Below the pieces are notes generated by a model. It made no database searches and had not been told where the DNA came from. It worked only from the letters and a program-made list of their open reading frames with translations. The position numbers and the translations under genes were made by a program. A stretch of DNA of 64,000 bases from Cyanophyceae cyanobacterium (GTDB taxonomy: Bacteria > Cyanobacteriota > Cyanobacteriia > Cyanobacteriales > JBHJGN01): contig JBHJGN010000009.1 in NCBI GenBank assembly GCA_050331735.1, forward strand, positions 1-64,000, read 5' to 3'. How positions within the stretch are numbered: the stretch's first letter is position 1; the number at the start of each line of letters is the position of its first letter. Below, piece by piece: positions 10,354-20,846 of the stretch.

Positions 10354-11140
10354 TTAACCGCTCATGGGCAAGCTAATCGTAAAGCACGTTTGCTGGGGGA
10401 CTGAGTGCAGAGAAATGGTGCCGCGATGACGATTTTCAACGATGCGTCGGACGGCATCTAATACCACTTAGAAAAAGTAATAGGAGACTTGATGAGTTGG
10501 GGCAAAGGGGAAAGGGAAGCACAGCAGCTCCTTGCCCTTGAACCTCCAATGCTTGGTGAGTTTAAGGAATTATCTGACTACTTTCGGTAAATGGTATAAA
10601 CCCAAACCCGAACTGCCGACAGATTTAGTGGTCAAAAATGGCTCAAAAATCCGGGACTGAATTTCAGGAGGAATCCCGACTCCTGAATCAATGATTTTGA
10701 CGATCAGGCGATCGCCTGCATTCGCAGTGACAATTTCAATGGTGCCTGTTCTGTTCGTGGCATCGATAGCGTTGTCAATCAAATTCGTCCACACTTGATT
10801 CAGTTCGCTGCCGTAAGCCTGAATCTCAGGGATACGAGCGTACGCTTCACTTTTACTCCCGGTTTAAGGCGATGAGATAACAGTTGCAGAGTATCTTCTA
10901 ACCCCTGATGAAGATCCACCAGTTGTTTAGCCCCGCGATCTAACCGGGAATAGGAGCGCATCGATTGTACTAACTGAGATACCCGTTCTGCCCCCCGCAG
11001 GCCTGATTGAATCATCCTCATCACGTCAAAAGACAGCGCCAGCCAGCGCAGCCCCATATCCCTCAATTCTGTCGGATCTTCGCGCCACCGTTCTAGGAGT
11101 TGCTCGAGAATTTTCGTGTCTACGACCGGCGCTTCTGTGG
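10354..11140 (-). pseudogene. Sensor histidine kinase remnant (N-terminally truncated, frameshifted, MITE-interrupted)
   Basis: LVQSMRSYSRLD, ELNQVWTNLIDNAIDA, DSGVGIP, IFEPF and GLGL|DAVRRIVENRHRGTI lie in different frames; a MITE splits the G2-box region. Confidence 0.85.
10462..10596 (+). mobile_element. MITE copy 1 (TAA target duplication)
   Basis: TACCA...TGGTA ends, TAA on both flanks, internal similarity to the other copies. Confidence 0.85.
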
Positions 11141-11308
11141 GAGAGCGTGAAACAGTTCTAGTTTGAGCAGTTCGTCCGAACACAGCACGACAAAACATCA
11201 GTAGCGAGTTGGAGATTCTGTTTAAGAGTTTACCTCGATTACTCAGACAGCGTTTGGGTCGTGCCATCGAGCGCCGGAGAGCTCTGCCACCCAAGCCAAC
11301 TAGCTTCT

Positions 11309-12718
11309 CTATTGATAATAGGTATCGTCGTCAAAAATTTGCTGCTGCTGCCAGTCTTCGCCTAACTGAATGGTGACATCCGATGCCAGCGACCCAGTAC
11401 TTTCTACGAGCACTTCACCAACTCCCAGCGCAACCCGAATCGCTGCGGCACTGGCATCATCGCCTTTCTGAGCCACAATCTTAGTGGTTTGCAGCGGCAC
11501 AGGCCAGTCGCTGCTGATGTACACTTTCTGGTAGCCAAGCTCTTGCAGGTAGTTAACTATGGCCTGTACTGCTTCTGGATCTCCGGTGCTGTCTTGAATC
11601 GCCACCTGCACCTCAGCCGGGTCGGCCTCGCTGGTGTAGGAGTAGCCGATGTCAAAATGCTGGGCCATCATTGCTTGAATGCGTTCTTCATCTGGTAGCC
11701 AATAGCTTGTCTGACTCTGGCCGTTGCTAAAGTCTCCCGGCACCATCAGCATCTGGACGTCGGAACGCTGCATATTGGTAGCAAACCCAGCCAGAGCGAC
11801 TAGTTCTTCCACCGTTAAATTGGTGTCGATATGGGATTGAATAATCGACAGAATCTTGGGGATGCGAACTACAGTGCTCGGTTTGAGAGCCTGTTCGACG
11901 AGCGATCGCATGAGCAGTTGCTGCCGCTGAACTCGACCAATATCGCCGTAGGCATCTTGTCGGAAGCGCAAAAACTGAACGGCTTTCTCGCCATCTAGAT
12001 GCTGAGTTCCTTTCTTCAAATTAATGTAGAGGTGCTGCGAGTCGTCTTGGTATTTCATATCCTTGGGAACGTTGACTATCACTCCTCCCAAGGCATCAAT
12101 CAGCTTCTCAACTCCTTGCACATTAACTCGAACATAGCGGTCGATGGGCACCTCTTCTAAAAGATTGCTCACCGTTTGAGCCGTTAGAGCAGGACCACCA
12201 TAGGAGTTAGTGAAATTAATTTTCGCAACGCCATAGTCCTCAATTTCGGTGCGGGTATCGCGGGGAATCGAGAGAGCGGTGAGCTTTTCTGCCTGCGGAT
12301 CGAAACGAACCAGCAGCATGGTGTCTGCTAATCCTTCAAAGGAATTGACGAGGGCATGATAGCCCAAATCAGCGTCTGGGCTTTCTCTAATGTCCGACGT
12401 TAATACTTTAGTCCCAATCACTAATATATTGACGGGTCGTGCCAGTTCCGGGATTTGAAGATTCGTGCGAGCAACCGCCTCTTTTTGAGAGAAAATCGCT
12501 TCTTCTTCCGGAGTCAGTGTAGATTGCCTTAAAGGAGTTGCTGAAAGCGATAGCGCCAGCCACGCTCCTGCTGTTGCCGACAGAATGGCAACTCCGCTTA
12601 AACCAATTCCCGTCCAGAGCCAATATGCCAATCCTTTCTTCTTGGGTTTCTTAACTTTGGACACGGACTGACCGATGAAGTATTTTTGAGATCCAGACAC
12701 AGACTTCCTCACACACAA
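11309..12718 (-). CDS. LCP (LytR-CpsA-Psr) family protein with LytR_C domain; real start may be GTG 12664
   Basis: N-terminal TM helix; DTMLL, SIPRDT, FLRFR and GDIGRVQRQQ motifs. Confidence 0.9.
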   Translation of the reverse strand: MCVRKSVSGSQKYFIGQSVSKVKKPKKKGLAYWLWTGIGLSGVAILSATAGAWLALSLSATPLRQSTLTPEEEAIFSQKEAVARTNLQIPELARPVNILVIGTKVLTSDIRESPDADLGYHALVNSFEGLADTMLLVRFDPQAEKLTALSIPRDTRTEIEDYGVAKINFTNSYGGPALTAQTVSNLLEEVPIDRYVRVNVQGVEKLIDALGGVIVNVPKDMKYQDDSQHLYINLKKGTQHLDGEKAVQFLRFRQDAYGDIGRVQRQQLLMRSLVEQALKPSTVVRIPKILSIIQSHIDTNLTVEELVALAGFATNMQRSDVQMLMVPGDFSNGQSQTSYWLPDEERIQAMMAQHFDIGYSYTSEADPAEVQVAIQDSTGDPEAVQAIVNYLQELGYQKVYISSDWPVPLQTTKIVAQKGDDASAAAIRVALGVGEVLVESTGSLASDVTIQLGEDWQQQQIFDDDTYYQ

Positions 12719-13165
12719 GTTAACGGTAGTTGCTCAAATCGTAGAAATATAAATTAACTTAGAAGACCGCTGACCGCTTTGCCACTGCTTTAGGATAGAG
12801 ACTAAGGGAAAGTCATCTATTTGCCGAAGTAAAATTTGGACAGAGCGGAGGCTTTAACTATCGTTGATTGACTTTGATATAGCACTCTTTTTGGTTTCCG
12901 GCAAGCGATCTCTAAAATTTATTAGGTTGGTTCTTCAACAGCAGAATCACCATCATTGGCTCGGTTCTTAGTGTTGACAGTTACCTCTTGATTTCAGCTA
13001 GCTCCACTTTAAACTGCCAAGAGTGTAACAGTTCTTGGTAAAAAAACAGAAAATCGTCGAAATTACCGAATTCAGTAATTTCTAGCAGGGCGGGAGCGGC
13101 GCTCTCTTTTTCTGCTGTGTCGCTCACACTAATAATGCCCAATAACCCAGCTAGTTCCACACGCT

Positions 13166-13780
13166 ATGTCAAATTTACCGCCAAGCCATCCCCAAGCTCT
13201 CACGGCAATTATTCTGGCAGGGGGTCGAAGTGCTCGCATGGGCAGAGATAAAGCGCTCATTTCGATTCAAGGAGTGCCGCTGCTCACGAGAACCTGTCTG
13301 CTCGCTCAAAGCTGTGCTGACTTGGTGTACATCCTAACTCGGAAGCCAGAACAATACCGAGCTCTCGTTCCAGAGAGCTGCTGTTTGGTTCCAGACTCAG
13401 GCCGTGGACCGCTGGTCGCTTTTTCCCAAGGATTAGCCTTGGTGGAAACTCCTTGGGTGCTTCTGCTGGCTTGCGATTTGCCCCTCCTCCAAGCGTCCGA
13501 TTTGTGGCAATGGTCTGGCTGCTTGTCACAGGTCTCTCCCCATGTCACTGCCCTCTTGCCTCAACGCTTTGACCGGTGGGAACCTCTATGCGGCTTCTAC
13601 CGTTATCGCTGCTTACCAGGGCTACAGGAATTTCTGCGGGGAGGAGGCCAATCGTTTCAGCGTTGGCTCGATCAGCAGCTAGTACAGGAGCTTCCGGTGC
13701 CTAATCTTCAAGCATTGTTTAACTGCAATACTCCTGCGGACTGGAAACAGGTGACTGAATTACTCAAGCTCCAGGAGTAG
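13166..13780 (+). CDS. mobA: Molybdenum cofactor guanylyltransferase
   Basis: LAGGRSARMGRDKA, GPL, ACDLP and FNCNTP motifs. Confidence 0.9.
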   Translation: MSNLPPSHPQALTAIILAGGRSARMGRDKALISIQGVPLLTRTCLLAQSCADLVYILTRKPEQYRALVPESCCLVPDSGRGPLVAFSQGLALVETPWVLLLACDLPLLQASDLWQWSGCLSQVSPHVTALLPQRFDRWEPLCGFYRYRCLPGLQEFLRGGGQSFQRWLDQQLVQELPVPNLQALFNCNTPADWKQVTELLKLQE

Positions 13781-13790
13781 AGTCAGTAAA

Positions 13791-14675
13791 TCAGTTTAAC
13801 TGCCTGGATTGGGCGATTAACGCCTCGAAGCCAGCCACGATATCTAGTAGTTCGTTGGTGATTGTGGTTTGTCGTTGATGGTTAAATTCTGCTTGCAGGG
13901 CAGTCAAGCGATCGCTAATATTCTTTTCGGCAATCTGCATTGAAGCAAGACGGCTGGCATTTTCGCTGGCTAAAGATTCGGCACAGGCGCGGTAAAGAGC
14001 CACAAAGAAGTACTGACGGAATAAAGCGGAGGCTAAACGGTCTCGATCCATTGTATAGGTTGGCAGACTGCGGGAGGACCACGGTTGCTGCTGTAGCTCT
14101 CGCAAGCGGTCAAGATTGAGAGGAAAGAGCTGCTGCTTTTGCGGAGAGTAGGCAGCGCTAGAGCGAGGATAATTGTGAAAGAGCAGGATGTGGTTAATCG
14201 CGCGCTCTCGTCGCCAGGCTTCGAGAGTAATCACAATTTTCTGGACGATTGGTGTAATTCCGGAAATAGAACTGGGAACGGTAAAACAGACTTCACTCGT
14301 TATTCCGGCGGCTGCTAAACGGTCTCTAATTCTGACCCCCACCGTTAATACTTTGCTACTCCACGGTACTGGTAGAGACAGTGTTTCAATCAACTGAGCG
14401 AGCCGCTCGTTAAACTGTCCGCACAGGCCCTGATCGGACCCAAAAACCACGATCCCGAGGCGGTCAGTTCGAGCAGGCTTTACTCCAATCAAGCTTTCTG
14501 GCGCATTCTTGAGTAAGATTTGTGTGCCCAGTTCTAGGGTTCGATTATACTCGGCTAGAGAAACAACGGCTTTTTCGTACTGGCGAATACTCACCGCCGC
14601 CAAAGCTTTCATTGTTTTGACAACGGATTGCAGATCGTTGGCGCTGTCAATTTTGCGTTTGAGTTCTAGAGTCAT
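13791..14675 (-). CDS. atpG: N-ATPase gamma subunit
   Basis: SVVKTMK, SDQGLCG, SENASR and RQTTITNELLDI motifs; last gene of the operon. Confidence 0.93.
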   Translation of the reverse strand: MTLELKRKIDSANDLQSVVKTMKALAAVSIRQYEKAVVSLAEYNRTLELGTQILLKNAPESLIGVKPARTDRLGIVVFGSDQGLCGQFNERLAQLIETLSLPVPWSSKVLTVGVRIRDRLAAAGITSEVCFTVPSSISGITPIVQKIVITLEAWRRERAINHILLFHNYPRSSAAYSPQKQQLFPLNLDRLRELQQQPWSSRSLPTYTMDRDRLASALFRQYFFVALYRACAESLASENASRLASMQIAEKNISDRLTALQAEFNHQRQTTITNELLDIVAGFEALIAQSRQLN

Positions 14676-14719
14676 CTCGCTTCGCTCCCATTGAACCTTG
14701 AATCAGTAAAGTTAAACAA

Positions 14720-16252
14720 TTATTGTTCCGGTTTAGCAGGTCTGATGGCGAGTTGGGCAATATCTAAGAGAGCTTGGCGATCGCCCTCGCTCAACGGTCC
14801 CCCTTCAATTCGTTGGCAGACATCGGGTAACTGACGCTGCACTGCCTGACGGACCACCCTTTGAGCGGTTGCCATTTGCTCCAACGGAACTTCATCAAAG
14901 CTCCCGGCATTCACCGCTAGCAGCACCGCGAGCTGTTCTGCTACGGGGATAGGCTGATATTGAGGCTGCTTAAGGACTTCCCGGACGCGGCGACCTCGTG
15001 CTAGGGTTTTTTGGGTGGCTTCGTCGAGGCGCGTACCAAAGCGAGAGAAAGCCTCTAGTTCTTCAAACTGAGAGTAGATCAGCCGCAGGTCGCCAGCCAC
15101 AGCTCGGTAGGCTTCAAGCTGCGTTTTACCGCCAACGCGAGAGACGGATCTGCCGATATCAATCGCCGGGAGTATCCCTTTCTGAAACAGGTCGGGGGTG
15201 AGGTAGATTTGACCGTCAGTAATTGACACGAGGTTTGTCGGAATATAGGCAGAAAGGTTTTGAGCTTCGGTTTCCACGATGGGGAGTGCCGTTAACGAGC
15301 CGCCGCCGAGTTCTGGGCGCAGATGGGTAGAGCGCTCGAGCAGACGTGCATGGATGTAGAAAATGTCGCCCGGAAACGCTTCTCGTCCCGGTGGACGGCG
15401 CAGCAGTAAGGAGAGTTCTCGATAGGCGCGAGCATGCTGAATCAGGTCGTCGTAGACAATCAGCACGTCCCGTCCCTGTTCCATGAAATATTCTGCCATC
15501 GTGGTAGCGGCATAGGGAGTAATGTACTGCAAGCCCGGTGGGGCAACTCCTGGGGCAACCACCACCAAGCAATAGTCCATAGCTCCGCGAGTACGCAGGT
15601 CAGCAATCAGTTTGGCCACTGCCGAACTGCGTTGACCAATGGCACAGTAAACGCAGATGACGCCTTGCCCTTTCTGGTTAAGAATCGTATCGAGGGCGAT
15701 CGCTGTTTTCCCCGAAGCGCGATCGCCCAAAATCAGTTCCCGCTGTCCGCGTCCAATGGGGACCAGCGCATCGATTGCGGTAATTCCGGTTTGCAAGGGA
15801 ACCGTCACGGGAGCGCGCTCCATAATCGCTGGGGCTTCTCGCTCTACCGGACGACGCTCGCTAGCAGGAACTGTCCCGCGATTATCTAACGGACGACCCG
15901 TGGCATCTACCACTCGCCCCAACAACCCCTCTCCCACCGGAGTATCGAGAACTTTCCCGGTGCGGTACACTTCACACCCGGCCTTGAGGGAGTCACTATC
16001 GTCGAGGAGAATGATGCCTACTTCGCGATCGAGGTTGAACGCCATGCCCAGGCGATCGCCGGGAAACGTCACCAATTCCTCTGCCTGCACGTTAGGCAGC
16101 CCCACCGCACGAGCGATTCCGCCTCCTAGGTAAGTCACCGTACCGACTTCTTGAGCCTGTAATTCTGGGTGGTAGTTAGCTAAAACTCGCCTAGACGTAG
16201 TAAATGTTGCGTTTAGAAGTGCTTTTAGGGAGTCAGGACTAGAATTCATCAT
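14720..16252 (-). CDS. atpA: N-ATPase alpha subunit
   Basis: [27 protein letters not shown] and SITDGQI motifs. Confidence 0.95.
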   Translation of the reverse strand: MMNSSPDSLKALLNATFTTSRRVLANYHPELQAQEVGTVTYLGGGIARAVGLPNVQAEELVTFPGDRLGMAFNLDREVGIILLDDSDSLKAGCEVYRTGKVLDTPVGEGLLGRVVDATGRPLDNRGTVPASERRPVEREAPAIMERAPVTVPLQTGITAIDALVPIGRGQRELILGDRASGKTAIALDTILNQKGQGVICVYCAIGQRSSAVAKLIADLRTRGAMDYCLVVVAPGVAPPGLQYITPYAATTMAEYFMEQGRDVLIVYDDLIQHARAYRELSLLLRRPPGREAFPGDIFYIHARLLERSTHLRPELGGGSLTALPIVETEAQNLSAYIPTNLVSITDGQIYLTPDLFQKGILPAIDIGRSVSRVGGKTQLEAYRAVAGDLRLIYSQFEELEAFSRFGTRLDEATQKTLARGRRVREVLKQPQYQPIPVAEQLAVLLAVNAGSFDEVPLEQMATAQRVVRQAVQRQLPDVCQRIEGGPLSEGDRQALLDIAQLAIRPAKPEQ

Positions 16253-16337
16253 CAGTCAGTAGGCTACAAGTTTTTTGAAGGAAAGGGTCAGCAGTCAATG
16301 ATTAGTAGGTATTAACAAACCTGATTCCCGCCAACCA

Positions 16338-17114
16338 CTAACGACTCACTAAAGCTTTTCTATCAATACTGTTCTTTAAGGCTCTTTCGGTTTCTGCCTC
16401 CAACTGGTTTAAATATTGCTCTAGGTTCCAGGCAATTTTGTAGCCGCGATCGCGCAGCTCAATCCCACACAGCGGCTCAGCTCCGGTTTCAAACCTGATC
16501 TCAGTCCCAGCAATTTGTCCTTGAACGGTTTTAATAAGCTGGTCGCGTTTTTCTGATGAAATTGGAAAAGTGCTGCAAATTACCACTTCATGAGGCTCTC
16601 TAGAAGACCTTATTAGCTGTAGCTGCTCGTCATTTAGGTGCTGAAGACGTTCAATAAAGGTTGTCACAATCTGCTCTTCAAGACTGACACTCGCTAGGTC
16701 GCCCAAGGCGCGGCGGACTGTTATGGTAATTTGCTGACTCGCTCGCTGCCGAAACTCCTCTAAAAAAGCCTGCTGTTCCCGCTGGAGCGCCTCAATCCAC
16801 TGGGTTCGCAGCGCCTCTACTTCTGCTTGTGCCTGTCTTAGCAGCCTTTGTTTCTCTTGTTCCACCTGCTGTTGGGTGCGAGCAAACCATTCTTCCCGGT
16901 GAGCCTCCAAGTCTTGCTGCTGATGGCGATACCGCTCTGCTTCCTGCTGCGCCTCTTCCCGCATTGCTGCGCCTTCAGAGAGACGTTGAGCAATTCGCTG
17001 CTCCCGCTGCTCCATCGCTTTCACAATCGGACCATATAAGAAATGCTTGAGCAGAGCAACGAGAATGAGAAAATTAACAATTTGGGCGACGACGGTAAAC
17101 CAATCAATCAGCAT
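16338..17114 (-). CDS. atpF: N-ATPase b subunit (long, with delta-like C-terminal part)
   Basis: MLIDWFTVVAQIVNF TM segment, long coiled coil, C-terminal CGIEL...W. Confidence 0.9.
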   Translation of the reverse strand: MLIDWFTVVAQIVNFLILVALLKHFLYGPIVKAMEQREQRIAQRLSEGAAMREEAQQEAERYRHQQQDLEAHREEWFARTQQQVEQEKQRLLRQAQAEVEALRTQWIEALQREQQAFLEEFRQRASQQITITVRRALGDLASVSLEEQIVTTFIERLQHLNDEQLQLIRSSREPHEVVICSTFPISSEKRDQLIKTVQGQIAGTEIRFETGAEPLCGIELRDRGYKIAWNLEQYLNQLEAETERALKNSIDRKALVSR

Positions 17115-17117
17115 AGC

Positions 17118-17396
17118 TTAGCTTCCCGCTTGTGTGACAACGTAGTTCCAAAAAGGATTGGCAAAAATCAGAATTAAAGAAATAACGAAGCAATAAATGG
17201 CCGTAGATTCCACCAGAGCTAACCCGACAAACAGAGTACGGGTGATGGTGTTGGCTTCATCTGGCTGTTGCGCTAGAGAACTCAACGCCTGAGACAAAGC
17301 TCGTCCCTCGCCCAAAGCCGGAGCTACCGCGCCAATCGCCGTCGTCAATCCGGCAGTAAAAATTGAAACGATACCAATGAGAACAATATTATCCAC
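17118..17396 (-). CDS. atpE: N-ATPase c subunit with Na+-binding signature
   Basis: ALGEG (Glu in helix 1), QQP loop, ESTAIY in helix 2. Confidence 0.93.
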   Translation of the reverse strand: MDNIVLIGIVSIFTAGLTTAIGAVAPALGEGRALSQALSSLAQQPDEANTITRTLFVGLALVESTAIYCFVISLILIFANPFWNYVVTQAGS

Positions 17397-18075
17397 GCTC
17401 AGTGTCTCCTTCGCGTACTTGAGTAGCGGCAGCGATATAAACCATTGCCAGAATCGAAAAAATGTAGGCTTGAATCAGTCCCGTCAATAGCCCCATAGCC
17501 TGCATAATAATCGGAAATACCAGCGGTGCGACGGAAAGCAGAATTCCCACAATCATTGTCCCACTCATCACGTTCCCAAACAGACGAACTGCTAGAGCCA
17601 ATGTACGGGAAAATTCACCAATGATATTAAAAGGCAGCATCACGGGCGTTGGCTCTAGGTACTGTTTTAGATAGCTTCGCCATCCTCGCTGACGAATACC
17701 GTACAGGGGAACGGCGAAAAAGACACAGATAGCTAGAGCCGCCGTCGTCGAGAGGGAACCCGTAGGAGGCTGGTAGCCAGGAAGAATGCTGAGGAGATTG
17801 GAGATGGCGATAAAGATAAACAGCGTCCCGACAAAGGGGAGATAAGGCTCAGGGGTTTGCTGACTGACTTCTCGAATTTGCTGGTTAATGCCAAGCACCA
17901 GGACTTCGAGTAGGTTTTGAGGGCGGGAGAGGCGCACAGAAGCCGAGAGCTTGTGGGTCACCAGCCAGGAAAACAGCACCAAAAAAGCCATCACCAGCCA
18001 GGTGAAAATTAGGGTGGCATTCAGGGAAATAGCTCTCCATTCCCATAGCACAATCTGATCGGGAGTTAAATACAT
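17389..18075 (-). CDS. atpB: N-ATPase a subunit
   Basis: SRTLALAVRLFGN and IQAYIF motifs; ATG 18075 follows an AGAGGAG RBS. Confidence 0.93.
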   Translation of the reverse strand: MYLTPDQIVLWEWRAISLNATLIFTWLVMAFLVLFSWLVTHKLSASVRLSRPQNLLEVLVLGINQQIREVSQQTPEPYLPFVGTLFIFIAISNLLSILPGYQPPTGSLSTTAALAICVFFAVPLYGIRQRGWRSYLKQYLEPTPVMLPFNIIGEFSRTLALAVRLFGNVMSGTMIVGILLSVAPLVFPIIMQAMGLLTGLIQAYIFSILAMVYIAAATQVREGDTERG

Positions 18076-18076
18076 T

Positions 18077-18376
18077 TCATCTCCTCTGGATAGCAAGACG
18101 GCACAACAGCCCCCGAACTAACAAAAAGCCGAAGACACAAAAGAGTAACGAGGTAATTTGTTGTTCTGCCCCTTTAATGATGAGATAAAAAACGAGCAGG
18201 CTGACACTTAATCGCAGGCAGAAACTGCCCAGAAGCCAGCGAAACGGATGTTGAGTCGCAAGAAGTCGCTGCACCGTGAACCACAGCCCGCCAAAGTAGA
18301 ATAAACCGATGCTCACTCCAATCGCAAACGCGATTCCTAATAGAGGCAGTTGACGTACATTGAGGATTGCTACCAT
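18077..18376 (-). CDS. atpR: N-ATPase AtpR subunit
   Basis: Small membrane protein with FYFGGLW.TV and SFxLR; sits just before atpB. Confidence 0.8.
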   Translation of the reverse strand: MVAILNVRQLPLLGIAFAIGVSIGLFYFGGLWFTVQRLLATQHPFRWLLGSFCLRLSVSLLVFYLIIKGAEQQITSLLFCVFGFLLVRGLLCRLAIQRR

Positions 18377-18465
18377 GAAATGCGAAGTTGAGCAGTTGAT
18401 TTTAAAAAAGACTACAGTTTTTATCTCTTATTTCTTGAAAAGCACCCGTGTTAGTAGCTCAAATT

Positions 18466-18921
18466 TCACTCTTGCCGAGGTGGAATAGAAAAGTCGGCAA
18501 AGGAACGCACGTCATAAGGAGTAGTTGCTAGAGCCTTAATTAACTTTTGGTCTAGAGTTAACAGAGGGACGCTAACACGCTCTGAAAGATCAACGTAAGC
18601 TCCATCGTAAGCGGTAATGTTATGGGTTAAACCAATACTCGTTGCTTCTGCCATTAGTTCTGCCGTTGAAGTAGTTCTGAGCGGAAAGGCTTTTAAACTT
18701 ACCAAATCTTGTTGAGTTTCGGTTGGTGTATAGAGTTCAGCGCGGACATATTTCCAAAAAATATTGGCAATTTCAATATAAAAAAGATCGGGGATATAAA
18801 TAGCAGTTTGAGGAGTGTACAACGTGTCGAACAGTTGTCTGACTTTTGAAGTTAGCGGATCTTCAATAAATCGTTTGATACCTACGTTGGCATCAATGAC
18901 ACATCTTAAGGCTTTACTCAT
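18466..18921 (-). CDS. vapC: PIN-domain (VapC-like) toxin
   Basis: VIDAN, EIAN, YDGAY and LLTLD acidic PIN motifs; ATGA overlap with the upstream antitoxin. Confidence 0.85.
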   Translation of the reverse strand: MSKALRCVIDANVGIKRFIEDPLTSKVRQLFDTLYTPQTAIYIPDLFYIEIANIFWKYVRAELYTPTETQQDLVSLKAFPLRTTSTAELMAEATSIGLTHNITAYDGAYVDLSERVSVPLLTLDQKLIKALATTPYDVRSFADFSIPPRQE

Positions 18922-19214
18922 CGTTCCCGATCTTCTCGAATCAAATTTGTACTATCGAGGAAACCGTGTTTTTTGGGGTTGAGGCGACGACGTTGATCGA
19001 TTTGAGCCTGCAGTTGGGGGACGGCTTGACGGCGTTCTTCCCAAGCGGGGGCGGTTTCAGGAGAAATCAGGAATTTCAAAGGTGTCTGTTTTTGCAATGC
19101 CTGTTGGAGCAGACTAATGGCTTGGTCATTGATAGTCTGATTCTTTTGTTTGGCAAGCTGTTGAATTTGCTCCATCAGTTCATCGGGTAGATTTTCGAGA
19201 ATGAGTCTAGTCAT
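18918..19214 (-). CDS. Putative FitA/VapB-like antitoxin
   Basis: MTRLILENLPDEL RHH-like N-terminus, DSTNLIREDRER C-terminus; translationally coupled to the PIN gene. Confidence 0.75.
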   Translation of the reverse strand: MTRLILENLPDELMEQIQQLAKQKNQTINDQAISLLQQALQKQTPLKFLISPETAPAWEERRQAVPQLQAQIDQRRRLNPKKHGFLDSTNLIREDRER

Positions 19215-19324
19215 GAGCTTAAGTTTCTTTTGATTGGAAATTCTGGATGCTTTTATTATGGAATTGAGGGAATAAGTTTGACCTGGTAGCAAGCTGGCGA
19301 TCGCGCTCCAGCATCCTAACGCAA

Positions 19325-20545
19325 TTATGGAATAGTCTCTGGAAGCTGATGCCACCGTTGCAGCAGTGGACGCAGCAGCAGCGGCGACAGCAGACAAGTC
19401 GCTGCCGATACCAGCACTAGAGCCGCAAAGACGGAGGGTGGAACGGCCCACCCCAGTTGTTGTCCTCGTTGTAGAATTACCAGGGTAATTTCGGCTCGGG
19501 GAAGCATACTGACGCTCAGTAATACCGCACTCGAATAGCCTGCTGTGACTAACGCAAGGCTGCCAATGCCGATGATTTTCCCCGCAATAGCGATCGCCAG
19601 CAAAATACTGCCCAATCCCCAGGCGGTACCCAGTAACAGAGGGTCAATCTGCAACCCCACGTGAATGAAAAAAAACGGCACCAAAAAATCATAGAGCGTC
19701 CCAAAAGACGCATCCAGCTTCACCGCCTCTGGGTCGCGGCTAAAGGCTAATCCGGCAAAAAACGCTCCTACCGCTACTGAGAACCCTAGAAACCCAGCTA
19801 GTGCCGCAATCACAATTCCGGTTCCAGCGACCATCAACATTGGGTCGGGAGGCGGCTCGATGCGCTCAAAAAAACGGGTCATGGGACGCTCGAGATAGCG
19901 AAAGAATACAAAACACAATGTGCCAAACAGCAGCACCTTGAGCAGGAAAGGACCAACGACCTCTGCCAGCACGGGGAGAAACGCCTGACTTCCCAGGGAA
20001 GGAATAATGGCAAAGAGCAGAGACATTAAAGCGATCGCCGCGATATCGTCCATTTCAGCAATATCTAACAGCAGCTCTCCGTTGGGGGAATGGAGCGCTT
20101 TTTCCTCTTGCCACACGCTCACCGAAATCCCCACGCTAGTGGCAACGAGAGCAATGGCGATCAGCAGGCTCGTAATGAGGTTTAAGTTCAGCAGCCAATA
20201 AGCCGCCCCAAACCCTAGCAACCCACTCCCCAATACGTCTCCGAGAAGAATCACGCTAGCGCGGGGAAGCTGGCGCAGCAGTCCCGCTAAGTTACTTTCT
20301 AACCCCACCCGGAATAGTAGAGCAATAATGCCCAACTCCGCCAAAAAACGGTAAACTTCCAGCACCGGAGAACTCAAGAACCATCCCTCCCCATCAGCGA
20401 GTCGCATCCCGAAGCCGAAGAGAAGATAGCCGACTAATGCCGGAACTCCGACGCGCTCCAAGCCTGCCTTGATGAGGAGGGCGAAGATAATCGTGATCCC
20501 AACGAGCAGCACCAGGAGTAACTCCGCATCCACACTAGTCGCCAT
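19325..20545 (-). CDS. Cation:proton antiporter (CPA2-type)
   Basis: About 12 TM segments; LFRVGLES, ATSVGIS, EMDDI, PFFF and MLPRAE motifs. Confidence 0.88.
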   Translation of the reverse strand: MATSVDAELLLVLLVGITIIFALLIKAGLERVGVPALVGYLLFGFGMRLADGEGWFLSSPVLEVYRFLAELGIIALLFRVGLESNLAGLLRQLPRASVILLGDVLGSGLLGFGAAYWLLNLNLITSLLIAIALVATSVGISVSVWQEEKALHSPNGELLLDIAEMDDIAAIALMSLLFAIIPSLGSQAFLPVLAEVVGPFLLKVLLFGTLCFVFFRYLERPMTRFFERIEPPPDPMLMVAGTGIVIAALAGFLGFSVAVGAFFAGLAFSRDPEAVKLDASFGTLYDFLVPFFFIHVGLQIDPLLLGTAWGLGSILLAIAIAGKIIGIGSLALVTAGYSSAVLLSVSMLPRAEITLVILQRGQQLGWAVPPSVFAALVLVSAATCLLSPLLLRPLLQRWHQLPETIP

Positions 20546-20846
20546 GACTCTCCCGCTCGATCCAGTACCAAGCGTTGAGGCATCCTAAAATAACCCCGAC
20601 AACCAGCAGCATCAGAGTCCAGGAATAGCGACTGGCGATATGGGTATCGATCCATACCCCTAAAGCAATTCCTAATAAAGCTGGAAGCGCCACCGACCAT
20701 CCCACCATGCCAAACATCCCCAAGCCGAACCACAGGCTTTTTGACTCTCGGCGGGCTTCAATTTTCCGGTTGGCTTTTGTTGCTACCTGATACGGAAACG
20801 TCTTCTCCCTGCGGGGTTTGTTGGCATCTGATCGCGGCTTAGCCAT
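20535..20846 (-). CDS. atpQ: N-ATPase AtpQ (AtpZ/AtpI-like) protein
   Basis: GLGMFGMVGWSV, GVWID and GCLNAWYW motifs; follows atpC. Confidence 0.85.
   Translation of the reverse strand: MAKPRSDANKPRREKTFPYQVATKANRKIEARRESKSLWFGLGMFGMVGWSVALPALLGIALGVWIDTHIASRYSWTLMLLVVGVILGCLNAWYWIERESHGD

Noticed and set aside
10800..11294. ORFs 10800-11294 and 10570-10794 as intact genes
   Set aside because: They are fragments of one kinase pseudogene; the first ~50 residues and the ends are out-of-frame or MITE-derived.
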